Positions 10,794 to 23,366 of a DNA stretch of 53,544 nt are shown piece after piece (within the stretch, counting starts at the first letter, position 1; each line of letters opens with the position of its first letter). A program made the position numbers and the translations under genes. The stretch lies in contig CAJVPI010000105.1 in NCBI GenBank assembly GCA_910592345.1, positions 1 to 53,544 on the forward strand, in the 5' to 3' direction. The notes beneath the pieces were generated by a model. The model was not told the DNA's origin and made no database searches. It was given only the letters and a program-made list of their open reading frames with translations. The DNA is from Paraglomus brasilianum (lineage: Eukaryota).

Positions 10794-13700
10794 ATGTCGT
10801 TGCCTAAAATTCTGCTTGAAGGTATACAAGAAGTCGGCGCTAATGAAGGATTCACAGAGACCATTTATACTTTCGCTAGAGTTGAAAAGATGCCGGATAA
10901 TTATGGTTGTATTTCTGTGAGTCCAAACGGTCGTAAGATTGCCATAGTTGATCCTGGTGGGTAAAGTTTGTTAGGTGCCGAATGCGATTTGGGTTACGAT
11001 TAACGTCACTGATTATAACAATGCCCGTAGTTCTATTACTATTATGCTAACTTTTGACCTGCTACTCCAGAGGCTACTGTTATAAAAATTTATAACGTAG
11101 TAATAGACGGCAGCATAACGCCTTCCGATGAGATATTGCTCCCGTCAAACTTTGCAAGAAAGTTGGAAGCTAAAGAAGTTCATTACTCACTCGCAATATC
11201 CGACGAATGTACAATAGCAATATCAGTATTCAACGTATCGCCCGACACTCTTCCTGATGTTAAATGGTCTAGCGAATTAAGCGAGGTAGACGTAAGCGAT
11301 GACAATAAACTCTGTCTGCATTATTTGGCTGTCGGCACTACTAGAATAGTAGTCACTCGGGAGGGCAAAAGCCTCGATACTCTGACAATCGCTGGCATTA
11401 TTCGATTTGTTGACGAGAACACACTGATCGTCCTTCAAAATGAAAACGCCTTTACGCTTTTTCACATAAACAAGAATGATAAAAGAAAAATTGCATATCC
11501 ACCAGCAATGACGGAGCGTCTATCGTTAGTAGAGGTATATGAGCAAACTTTGTTGCTACATAGATGTTCTGTTGGTAAATGGCTTATAAGTAATGATTTA
11601 TCAAAAGGACTTGATGCTTTCGACATGACTAGTGGTGAATTGATACAAAAATTTCAAAAAGCTCCTGGTAATAGCGCCCTTATTCCCTTTGCTGCAAAAT
11701 CCTCCGACTCGAAGTTTCTGGCTGTTTGCGATGAAGACGGACGGGTGAGCCTATATCTCACGGAAAATGGTATACATATAACCACTCTTAAGGCGGAAAT
11801 ATATGGACAATTCTTATTCGCTGCGTTTATTAACGATGATAAGAAACTGTTTACCATTATTGAACATGACGGCAGTTATTTCAGTGTAATTTATGAACTC
11901 TCAGACTTTTACACCAACACAGAATATCATTCATCCAGTTGGCATTTAAAAAAATATTTTGGATTTGGAAATTTAAAGAAACAAAACCCAATAGTACAGA
12001 CTATGGCTGGACTATTCTATCTCGAGGCCAATGGTAAACCAACAAGAATAGACGTGGATTCGATCGCCTCGTATGCGTTTAGCGAAGATACAATTTCTCG
12101 CGATGATAAAAAGGTTATTCGGAAAACAGTTGATGAACAGCCATATGAAATCTCTAATAGATTGTCTCTCACTGTTTCCGAAAAGAAATCCAAAGCACGT
12201 CATCCGTTTATACATGATACTACCGATTTTGAGCCATGGGACAGAACAGGACGACCACACAGATCAGAATGTCTGGATAAGTCAAGATGTTTATTCCTGA
12301 TCGTTGGAGAGGATACAATACAGATATGGGAAGATCGTACCAATGCACTATACTTTTGGGCAGCACATGATTTTATATCTGGTCAATCGAAGACATCTGA
12401 TAAACACGATAAGTTTAGTAGATTTGAGAAGTTCGATAAATCCGATAAAACCGCAAAAATTGAGTATCACAAATGCCGACGAAACGGAGATCATTTAATA
12501 ATAGACGTAAAAACTGATGACAAACCAGAGGAAACTACTATTTCCTTGTACGATGTGTTTAACGAAGACATGCGTTTAAGGCAGTCAGTGGTGTCACTCG
12601 TTAATAGTTTGGCTTTTATCAAGTGGATACAGCATCAACAGACATCCCGTAATTCAAAAAGGATACGTGATCTTGAACACTATACATGTCAAGCCATCCA
12701 TGATGTAATTGCAAATCAACCAGACGTTTGGCAGTTAATGGATTCAAAATATAAAATTATGAAAATTTTATTACGTGCACATTGTGACAAGATTATAGCC
12801 GAGATATTGAAACCGGAGAGTCGTTTACATCGACCGCAGTTTTATGGCGATGGACATTACTATTATGAAAGCGATTTAACTGTTGCATCTGGAATGAGTA
12901 GAGACTGTTTGAGAAAATTGTTAGACTATTATAGTCAGAACACATTGGCATTAGATACAGTTGGCTGGATGTCCACGTTCTCACGTGCTTTACCATTGTT
13001 ATATAGCAAACATCGAGGTCAGTCGACATTTAAATATAACATGTTTACATAGTGCTGCGAATGCTATTTACGTTGTGCTTGCTTTGGCGCTTTTGTCCAA
13101 ATAACTAATCAACAAGTTTTTTGTCACTAGATATCATTGACGAGTTTTTCGCGAGATCAGCTGTCTTTGGAGCGATGACTGTCGATGCCAATAAATTTGA
13201 CTATTGCAATATTGGTTTATCTCCGGAACGACTAAAGACCGTACGAACGATTGATCTCATTCCGAAGTTACAACCACCGCCCGAGCGGGATGATGACGAC
13301 TACGATGACGACGACAACTCTCTATCGGTCACCCAAAAGGTTCGACATTATGGACTAAAATCTCTCAACACTTTTGCATCATTGGCCAGGGGGTCACATA
13401 AACCTGTACCAGACGAGAACAAACAGGCTAGATTCGGAACTTTGTGTCTGGCTCCTCTACCTGAATTCGATGCCTACGGTAGTTCAACAGAGTGGAAAGT
13501 TCGATTCTCAAGACCGGTATTTTTACGAAAGGTGGCGGAACGGTTATCTCAGTTCTCCACACCATCGTTCTTACTTTGGATTCCGGCGGTTAACGTTCTG
13601 TATATGTTGTTCATGTCGAGATCCACCAAATGCACACATAGCCCTTTCCTCAATCTATTTAAATTGCTTCCATCCAATTCTTTGTTCGAGAGTCCCTGTA

Positions 13701-15143
13701 TGGAGGCTGTGGTCGATTTTAAATGGAGGAAATATGGGCAGAACAAATTTACTCAATATCTAATATACTATTGTGTATGTTTCATAATGTTTTCAGTGTT
13801 GGTATGGAAATGGCTCAATGACGAGCGCTCGCAATTGATGAAATTTTACGCAGTTATAATGGTTTTCAGCTATGTATTCTTCCTGCTGTTCGCTTTGAAG
13901 AAATTGAAAGTGAATCCGAGAAGTACTTATGCATGGGTCGAGTTATTGACCATCATAGCTGCCGTTGGGGCCAATATTCTCATGTTTCTGGATGCTATTG
14001 GTGTTTTAAAGAATGGATCGCAGCCCATCATAATCTATTCTGCGTTTGCTATTCTCAGTCTATGGGTGCAATTTGTAAGTTTTGGTTAATTTTGGCTAAT
14101 AGTGGAGGTTGGTGACATAATAGAGACTTGACTAATATCTATTAATTGATTTAGATTCTGATGCTTAGAGTCGTAAAAGGTAATGTAATTTCATGTCAGT
14201 TGTCTTGATATTCGTAATTATCAATTGACTAATGTCAAATTTTTGTATCAGGCATTGGACATTATGTCAGCACTCCTATATCAATACTTAAACATACTTA
14301 TCGCTTTCTGATAGTCATGGCTTTATTTATAATTGGGTTTGGCCATACCATGTAAGTGATTACTGTCAGCCGTTTTCGAATCGATAGCATGGACGTCGAA
14401 ACTGAGTTAATTACGCTTTTATCACAGATTCGTCCTATTGGGCAGTCAAAATAATACTAATGGTAATGGTAATGATAATAATAACAACACTGGAGATAAT
14501 TCGACTGTACCATCACACTTTGCATGGAATTCTTTTCTCCGTGGCACGAATGATGTAACTAATTCTACTGACAATAGCAGTAACAATAGTAGTGCCACGG
14601 GAGACAGCACATTCAACAACATAGCTAATTCTGTGGTAGCTGTCTTCTTCTGGACTAGTGGCACCTCTCCCTTGGCACAGGAAAACTTTCTCGCGCTTAC
14701 AGTGATATTGATAATGGGCAGCTTGATACTAGTCACAATGATGCAGAATATACTTATAGCTTTAATGACGTAAGTTGTAATTTATACGTTTTGCCAACCA
14801 AACATCCATGTATGAGCCTTTTCTTTACCTGTGGTCTTACACAATCTGTAGAGCGGTTGTCGAACTCGTGAAAGAAGATGAAAAGAATATGATACTGGTA
14901 TTAAGGGCTGAATATCTAATTGTAGTTGAAGAAATGCTTCTCAGTGCAAAAGAGCACAACAATAGGGAATGGTTCCCAAAGCACATATATTATTATTCTA
15001 ATACAGATTTAGTTAAAAAATGGCAGAAAAAGGTTATAGTAAAGACAAGTGTCGAGGATAGAATGTTCAAACTAGAAAATAAGATTCAAGAGATTCACGA
15101 AAAGTTGGCAGCAATTCTCGACGCTTTAAAAACAAATCCATAG
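10794..15143 (+). CDS. TRP-like 6-TM ion channel with N-terminal beta-propeller region, paralogue B, ~1270 aa
   Basis: Exons 10794-10956, 11071-13017, 13131-14074, 14155-14179, 14252-14351, 14428-14769, 14852-15143 (3813 nt, in frame). Same intron positions and phases as paralogue A, including a 25-nt micro-exon (ILMLRVVKG). TM region is highly similar. Confidence 0.85.
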
Positions 15144-15758
15144 ATCTAATAGTAAATGAATACCAAAAAAAAAAAAGACGAACATTGGTCGACTTGTAAA
15201 ATAGTATAAAAAATTAGATTGGATTCTAGAAATAAACAAAACAAGAACTTTTACGCTTGAGAATGCCGCCTGTTTTTGTATATTACCAGTTTTGCAATGG
15301 TGTGATTGGTATACAAGCTATTCTACAAGCACAAGGCCGCCAAGGAGGAGTGTCAATAAAGATGTAGGGGGACATGTTGAAACAACTATGCTGCATGCAA
15401 CAGCGATGGGGGTTGAACCTTAATTTATATTTATTGGAAAATTGTAAAATTCCCATCATCTATGGATTCTATTAATATGATCAAACACAATAACTTATCT
15501 CTTAAATCACCCGATACTTATCCGTCTCGTACTTCAACTTCAAAAACACCGTTGGAGATATGATCTGGTAAAATAAAAGTGCCCTTTAGTTTAATCATTC
15601 TATAAAGATGCATTGTTATATAATAAACAACACAACAGTGAGTACAATTTACCATTAACATCATTAATATCATTAATATCATACGGGGTAGACATCGGTA
15701 TTTCCATACCATTCGTATCTGTAACGATAAGAATCTGTAAATATACTGTCTTAGATTA

Positions 15759-18259
15759 TCACCACGTAATACAAGGGACTTTCATCTTACCTGAAATACT
15801 ATAAGCATTTTCTAAAATAGCCAACGTAGTAGGCGAATTCTTAGGCTGGGGCAAATTTGCAAATTCAATCAATCTGCTTGTATAGACAGCTTCTTCATGC
15901 AACACTAGTTTCTCTCTTGATTTGCTATCGTCAGACTTGTGTACTTCTGGCTCATTATATATGTTGCTCCAAGCTTCAAGCATTTCGGCAATCTTTTCAG
16001 CAGTGGGCCTATTCTCTGGTCTGGCATCGCAACACATTTGGAACAGCTCCACATAAAGAGTAGGCGTCTCCTCTGGTAACTCTAATCTATGCCCATTGCA
16101 AATTTGCTCCGCAAGAGATCGATCATGTGCACAGTCGTAGAACGGCGGTTTCCCTGTCGCCACCTCGTACATCAATATGCCAAAACTATATACATCTGCT
16201 GCAGGTGTGTGGAGTTCTCCACGTAGGATTTCGGGTGCCATGTATGGAATAACACCATACACTGAATTTATCTCGGGCGGTTCGACAGGAACACATAGAC
16301 CCAAGTCAGCAATAAGTAATGTAGAATCATAGAGAACGTTTCCACTATGTAAGTTGCCGTGGAACAACCCTGCCTTGTGAATGACCTTCAGATGTTTGGC
16401 AAGGTCCTGAAGAAGGTGTAGCCTTGACCATCCTTGAATACAGTCGGTATTGTGTAAATATGCTGCAAGGCTTCCGTGTTTGGCTTGCTGCATTACTATG
16501 GCATACTCTCCCGTTTCTGGGTCTGCCGTCAGACCATAGATCTGAACAAGTCCTTTGTACTCTTGGTATAACTTAAAATGCCGTTCTAACTGTTGAAACA
16601 AAAAAAAAGTATGAATACCAAGATATATATTATATTAATAATCACAATGCATGCACATCAACAATGATTGACACTTCACCTCGACAACAAAGTCGTCCGA
16701 ATTCTTATTAGTCCCTTTCAACTTTTTCAATAATACTTGCGATGGCAAGTTCCTCCCAATTCTTTCATCAGTAGACCAAGTCGCCGTATACATACAACTG
16801 TAAAACCCTTCACCAGCCCGCTGTATATCAGATAATCTATCTGCTGGTATCCACTCCAAAAAGTTATCCGTCCTTTCGGTAACGTTCCGTTGAGTTCCTG
16901 TGACAAACTTGTCCAAAGCAGGACTACCACTCGTACTCTGTTCGTTAGATTGAGGCATTTTACATGCTTCAGTTCTGCACCAAACTGGATCGTTTTTCGG
17001 CTGCTTACAAGTCGAACAAAGACCATACATGTTTCGCCGAAGAGTGTAATCGCTGGCGTAGATTATATAGTTTTCGCGCGTCGCAGGGTTCCGGGTGAAT
17101 CCAAAAATAGACGTGTTGTCCTTCCGTGTTATGCATGGATGGGTTTTGCATAGCTTTGAGAACAGACATGACGCGTATTGTAAGATTAGTGATTTCAAAA
17201 TGCTTATAGTGTACATCAGTCGCCCTTCTTCTCATTACTTGATCTCGTTTCGCGATCAAACCCTTACGAAAAGTTTTTTATCAAGATTAACATACCTCAT
17301 CAATAACTTCTTGTCCAAGACTGGGTAACTGATTCAACGTAACCCTTGTTTGTCTCTCTCTGGCCTTGTGCCTGTGATATTGACAGTCTCTTTTTCCATA
17401 AACCCACAAACCTCCATACGTGGTATTTCCATATTCATTTTCTAACAACTGCGTGAATTCTAAATGCTGAAAGGGTATCCACTCGAGGAATGTATCTTCC
17501 CAGACAACGGCATTTTTCTGAGTCGATCTTATAAACTCATCCAAAGCATCGCTTCCGGTCGTCCATTCGTCACTCGTGTGAGGTTCGAGACATGTGCGAG
17601 CCATGCACCAGACAGGGTCTATTTTTGGGTTTAAACAGGTGGGGCATAAGCCGTAAATTGATTTGAGTTCGTCATAGTCGATATGGATAATAAGGCGATA
17701 TTCTAGCGTCATGGTGTCGAGTGTGAAGCCGTATATCGTACGATTGTCTTTACGGAGAATAGTTGGGTATTCTTCTGCTAACTTGATTAAAGGTGATGAG
17801 ATTGTGAGTGAATCGCTAATGTTTTTTTCGAAACGTCAATTATTTCTCATGTCAAATATTTAGTGGTACCTCGTTAAGATAACTATCTGTGATACTCTCC
17901 GATACCCCAAGCGTTTTCAATACGACTTTGGAAGGAATTCCTCTTTGTCTCATAACGAAATACCTTGGACCATCCACCCACGTTGCCAAGTAGCTTCCTG
18001 TATCTTTATCATCTTGTAATGGTATCACATTCTCTAATCTGTTGAATGGTATCCACTCGAGGAATCTGTCATCAAAGTTCTTGACAATTCTCTGCGATTT
18101 CTTAATGAATTTATCGATTGATAGATTGTCACTTGTCCAGTGCGGGCGCGGATGTGGTTTCTTACATGTGTTGGTGCCACACCATACATAGTCTATCTTT
18201 GGCTTATTGCATTCTGGACAGGTGCCGTAAATATCTTTCATCTGGTTGTCCGGAACCAT
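15759..18259 (-). CDS. TKL-family probable pseudokinase with three tandem Cys-motif/N-lobe units, ~726 aa
   Basis: Exons 18259-17870, 17781-17296, 17153-16680, 16589-15759, phase-0 junctions (two inferred acceptors are AAG, so less certain). A possible further intron starts at 15790. Three copies of YGxCxxC..WC..C..(W/S)TS/TG...D.F...Q...FLEWIP. Kinase C-lobe has HGNLHSGN, ADLG, YMAPE, DVYSFG. Confidence 0.8.
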
Positions 18260-18716
18260 GTTGATAATGGGATTATGGATATGTCGTGACACACTTCTAT
18301 ATACGTTGATAGCGTAGACAATGAATACTCTATTTTATATAAATGCTTCTCGTTTTATCGAATACTTTTTGAATGTTTTTTATTTTTATTACAGCTGACA
18401 ATTAAATAATGTTTGCCCAGATGAATGCTCCAAGTCTTACTTTAATTTTTTCTCTATTTATTCTCCTGTATTGTCATACTATCCTTGCAGATCTCCCACT
18501 ACTCCACAGCAACAAAGAATCGATCTCAATTCATCCTCTCTCCCCCTTAATACACTAAAATCAATATTCAATTTCTATTGTGAAGAAATTATCAACTGAA
18601 CGGACAGTGACACGACATAGAAATTCAGCCGTTCTCGACTAGATTGGGCTTAGTTTTACCAAAAGAGCATGTGACAAGTAGATGCGGAGATGGTGTTACC
18701 CGTGAATGCATGTGCC

Positions 18717-18717
<1 letters not shown>

Positions 18718-18753
<36 letters not shown>
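18718..18753. repeat. (TAA)n microsatellite
   Basis: About 12 consecutive TAA units. Confidence 0.9.
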
Positions 18754-18754
<1 letters not shown>

Positions 18755-20094
18755 GTCTTCTCGTTTCCCGTGTATTAAAAAATCGAGCACTTCTGCAAAC
18801 AAATTGGCCGATTATATAAAATGAGCAATAAACCATCAATCACATTTCCTATTCTCAAGCAACCAAATGCAAAGTCATGGAAAGTGAAGGTTTTCCTTCG
18901 ATTTTGAGGGAAGAGTGGTTTTGAAATCTACCAGTTGCAATTCATCGTTTAGACTTGCTCTTCTTTTCCGCTCTTCCAACAGTCTCTTAATAATTTTAAT
19001 TATGAGGATTATTGTCGCTCCGCGAGATTGCGGAATTTGCATCACAACAAAATACTGGTCCAAACCGGATCTCTGTTAATATTGGCCCAGTGAACATAAC
19101 GCCACACATATCTTCAGGGGGTAAACGTCTCCAATATTTATTTGGATCGAATCTCGCTCCAAGCCGAATGTATACATATTTCAGCTTGCAACACAACGTC
19201 TGCTGGAACATATTTATTCAATTGTTAGTCTCAATCGTTCTGATAAATATAAAACAGTAATGTTCAATCTCTTGACCAATATACATTGACATGTTCAAGA
19301 GCTGATTTATGGGTAATGGATTTGACTGTTGAGATGTCCGCCGACTCCGATGTTGGCATATTATTTTCGGAGACAGATCGGCCATTCCCATTCATAGGAA
19401 AAAATCGACAAGTTCAATATCTTCGATCAAGAAAGGAACCAATCAGTTTAATTCACGTGATTACTACGCCTAGTATTAGGAAGTTGAAGGATTGAGTAAA
19501 TGATGAATGCTGAGAGATCTTGGACTAATGCATAGAAACATATTGAATCATAAAATAGACGATGTTGACCTGATATTAATGTTAATACTATATAATATCA
19601 GAAAGCCTGTTCATTGACAAATATTTTATTAATAAACATGATCCCACTTAGGTACTCTGATTTACTCTTCTGTCTCAATATCGATATATTACATATACTA
19701 ATTTGCAAATGCTTCTTAATTACAATCTCAGTTCCAAAAAGATGACTTCATATTCTTCTCCCTCCCAGTGGTAGGAAGAGCATCTTGTTGCTAATGATGA
19801 TATGGATGTGGGTCGAGCTTTATAAAAACGTTAATTCCTCAACCGGCCCTCAGAGGCGTATATCCAACCCATCGAATACTTGTAGTTTTGACCCAATCGC
19901 TGGATCACCTTCCCGTGTCGTTACGATCGTCTTTTTCAACCCTTTACGATCGTCCTTTTCAACCCCCCATAAAAATAGAGTTGCCCGTTTTGTTGCTTCT
20001 TCCAGGTATTCGAAGTCTCGGGGCCGGATACTTGGCAGGGATTTGAATGGTATCAGCATCGGAAACGTCGAAATAGGTTTCCAAACGAAGTGAT

Positions 20095-20337
20095 AAAAGG
20101 CGACCTCCAGGTCGGTCGTTTTCGTGATTGAGAACGCCAAATGAGCTGACGTCCTTCACAGTTGTCAGATCCCAAAAGGCGACCTCCAGGTTGATCGTTT
20201 TCGTGATTGAGGACGCCAAATGAGCTGACGTCCTTCACAGTTGTCAGATCCCAAAAGGCGACCTCCATGTCGGTCGTTTTCGTGATTGAGGACGCCAAAT
20301 GAGCTGACGTCCTTCACAGATGTCAGATCCCAAAAGG
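20095..20337. repeat. Three near-identical 79-bp tandem repeats
   Basis: AAAAGG anchor at 20095, 20174, 20253 and 20332 (period 79). A degenerate partial copy lies at ~20489-20530. Confidence 0.9.
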
Positions 20338-21736
20338 ATGGGATAGAAATTAATCCCTTTTTTCAACTTACGACATATTGCTTGTTGTTGATAGAAAAGA
20401 GAAGAGAGATAATATATAGAGGAGATTGAATAGAGAATCGATAGAAGATGATGCAATTATGCATTAGGAATGTAGAAATATTAGCTTCGACCTCCAGGTT
20501 GGTCATTTTCGGGGATGAAGGTTCCATTGATGTGAATGTCGGTTGACTGTTGAAGAGTAGTAGTGGTTGTTGTTGCTTGAGGGTTTGTATTGATGGCTAT
20601 TGCTTTAATTAGATCAATTGTTAGCTCTTGCCTAATCCAAGTGGAAGGTAGGGAGGCAGTCTCTGTTTATATAACCAGTTGGCCGAATAGTTGTGTGTTG
20701 GGTTATTATTATCTCCTCATCAATAGTCAGGTGATGTGATAACAAATACAAATGACATAGTAACACGACGTGTAACTTAGGATTTCACCAACGAGAATAA
20801 GTGATTCCAGTTCCTATTACTATGTTCGAACGATTACTTATTCGGAATGTCGCGAGATTAACATGATAAACGTGATCGGGTATAACTTATTAAAGGGAAC
20901 CGAACGTAATTTAGTAATTGATACCTCCGTGTTTTTGGCCATTATTAGTTGCTTTAGTTAAGCATACCCTCCATACGCTTATATACGAGCGAGGTAAAGG
21001 TAATCTTGACATACATTAACAAGCTAAGTAATTAGGCGCTACAGGATCGACAGAATCCTTCCTTGGGAATGACCAAGGCCAAGCGTGTGCAATCTAGAAA
21101 CGTAGTCAGCAAGAGCGTAAATGCGCTTGAGCTAGTTAGTAAACCCTAATACAGGCATTAACTGGAGAAGAGAATTAACATACCAGTAGGAGGGAAGGTT
21201 CGAATAGGAGCTAATTCTCAAAATGTCGAATATTATCACTCTCCTGGATATATGCTGGCACGACAAGTATACCATATGAATCCAATCTTCTGCTTTAATG
21301 CTGACTAGCTGTCTGCGAAATTATGAATATCATCCAATTAGCAAATTTTATTAGTAAAGTATGATAATTTGTTAAACTTTTTTTTATTGACCACAGACCA
21401 CATTCTTGGTACACTCTTGAAGTTAAATTATAAATTTTTTTAGGTAAAAGACAAATTGCCGTATATCTTTGGCCAAGATTTTGACTAGTGTCAAATTTTA
21501 TAACATACCTATACAAGATTATACTCTAAAACGACCCCAGTAGATCCCCAGTTGGTAATGCGGATAAAATTTCTACTTTCTTCATAGTACTAGTACTAAA
21601 TTGATATCCAATTAGAAAATGTCAAGCTCATTGAAGTCGATGAATGTGTTGTAATTCACGCTTTACCCATTTCCTCCATATAGATCAAAACAAACGTGGT
21701 TAATGTCCTGTTTATCACACTACTGGCATCACAATT

Positions 21737-22359
21737 TTACGACTGTAGGTTTCCATAAATGTTCATCATCAGATCCAACATCTGATTCTCTATTTCCTCA
21801 TCATTATCATCAACTTCTTCATCTTCTCCTTCATCAACTTCTTCTCTGTGCTGAAAAGCATTATTACCATTGCCTTCATAGTCATCACTTGGCTCTTGCT
21901 TTATGTCAACATCTACAAATTGCATTGCTTCTGAATAAGAACTTTTAACAATAGCAGTAGCATACACCATAAATATAATTAAATTGTCATTTTGAAATAC
22001 CCTCATCCATCATATCTTTGTCTTCATCTTCCGACTCGTTCTCTAATCCACGAAGAAGACACATTGCTTCAGCTATTTCGATATCTTGAGCCTGTAAATT
22101 TGATACCCATGTTAGCCTCCCCTCAATTAGCTAATCATTGAACAATGGCCCTTACCACCCCATCTTTTGCATGCCCTTGCTTAACGACAGCACTCTGTTC
22201 TTCCGCAGGTTCCCCCGTAGCGTTCAGCATTTGCACCAGCACGGTCTCTTCAGTACGTAGAGCATCTAACTGTGATTTGAATTTATTTATTAACTGTACT
22301 AGTTCCTGCTCTTCTTGTATCAGAACATTTTTTATAATGTCCCAGGGATTGATTAACAT
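21737..22359 (-). CDS. Small coiled-coil/acidic protein resembling snRNA-activating protein complex subunit 5 (SNAPC5/SNAP19), 162 aa
   Basis: Exons 22359-22156, 22091-22001, 21930-21737 (489 nt, in frame). N-terminal LIQEEQELVQLINKFKSQLDALRTEETVLVQML aligns without gaps to the recalled human SNAPC5 helix LRKEEETLLRLKAALHDQLNRLKVEELALQSMI (12/33 identical). Acidic C-terminal tail. Confidence 0.6.
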
Positions 22360-22879
22360 CGCAAAACTGGTAATGTAATGTATTGTTAACCTCTAACGTA
22401 AAATTATAAATAGCTGCGCCAGTATACTAAAAAGCCGCAGCTCAGGGGTATGTTCAAAATAACAAAGTGACAATAATAGATTGTCTAAATAAATTATGTA
22501 ATCGTTAAAAACCTTCGAAAGTTTCACCTACTTAAAAAATTAAGTAAAATAAAAGAAATTGACAGTAGCAGTTGAAGACAATAAATTACATCCCTTCAAT
22601 CTCTGATTTATTAAGCGTTGAAGCAATTGACGAGCGAGACCACCGATTTTCGGGAAAATGTTGATCATACAGATTACGTCATAGTAAATATCGCGCGAGA
22701 TTGTCGGGTTTACATAATCGTAAATATCGGTAACGCGCACTGTAGATCCTACAGTAAGCAGAAAGGACTTTATTTCCAAATCGCTTTAATATTATTAACC
22801 AACACATAATAAGTCACATTGCAGTCTCAGGATTCGAACAAACTGAAATAATTACGCTAAAGCAAACTGGTCTTGACAT

Positions 22880-23366
22880 TTCCAGAATCCAAGTTCCGTG
22901 ATGGTCCGCAAAGCGTTTGGAGAAAGGCAGAGCTTTGTTCCCACGATTAAACATGGAGGCGGGGGGGGCGTAATGGTATGGGGATAATTGGATCAGTGGG
23001 ATTATTTAATAATAACAAAATAACGCTCGATTCGCAGAGCAAAGGTGTTACCGCTTGAATAAATCAAAACAAATTGGCTATCCCAATCGCCTGACCTTAA
23101 TCCCCATGTGATGAATTAGAAAGGCGCAAATGAAAGGCATTGCCAAAAACCGAAGAGGTGATTTATTGTAGAAAACGGGAGTAAGTCTCAAAATCTGCAT
23201 ATTAACATGATAAAGGTCATATTGAAAAGGATGCAAGCAGCGAAATAGAGCCAATAAATATAATAATAATATTAATGCAGAAACTAAAATTTTATGCCCA
23301 ATTATTATGTACGTTTTCAAGTACATTAATCACATAACTGTTCAGAGACTTTTTGCTGACTCACTG
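22880..23366 (+). mobile_element. Tc1-family transposase remnant with right TIR
   Basis: Encodes VPTIKHGGG..VMVWG (~22937-22985) and WLSQSPDLNP (~23074-23103), hallmark Tc1 motifs. Ends ACTTTTTGCTGACTCACTG (Tc1-like CAGTG..AAAAGT TIR). Left end not found. Confidence 0.75.

Noticed and set aside
18875..19495. Short ORFs that could be a decayed gene
   Set aside because: No recognisable motif or consistent splice structure.
20095..20337. Regular repeats that might suggest a CRISPR array
   Set aside because: Whole 79-bp units repeat with no unique spacers, there are no cas genes, and the context is eukaryotic.
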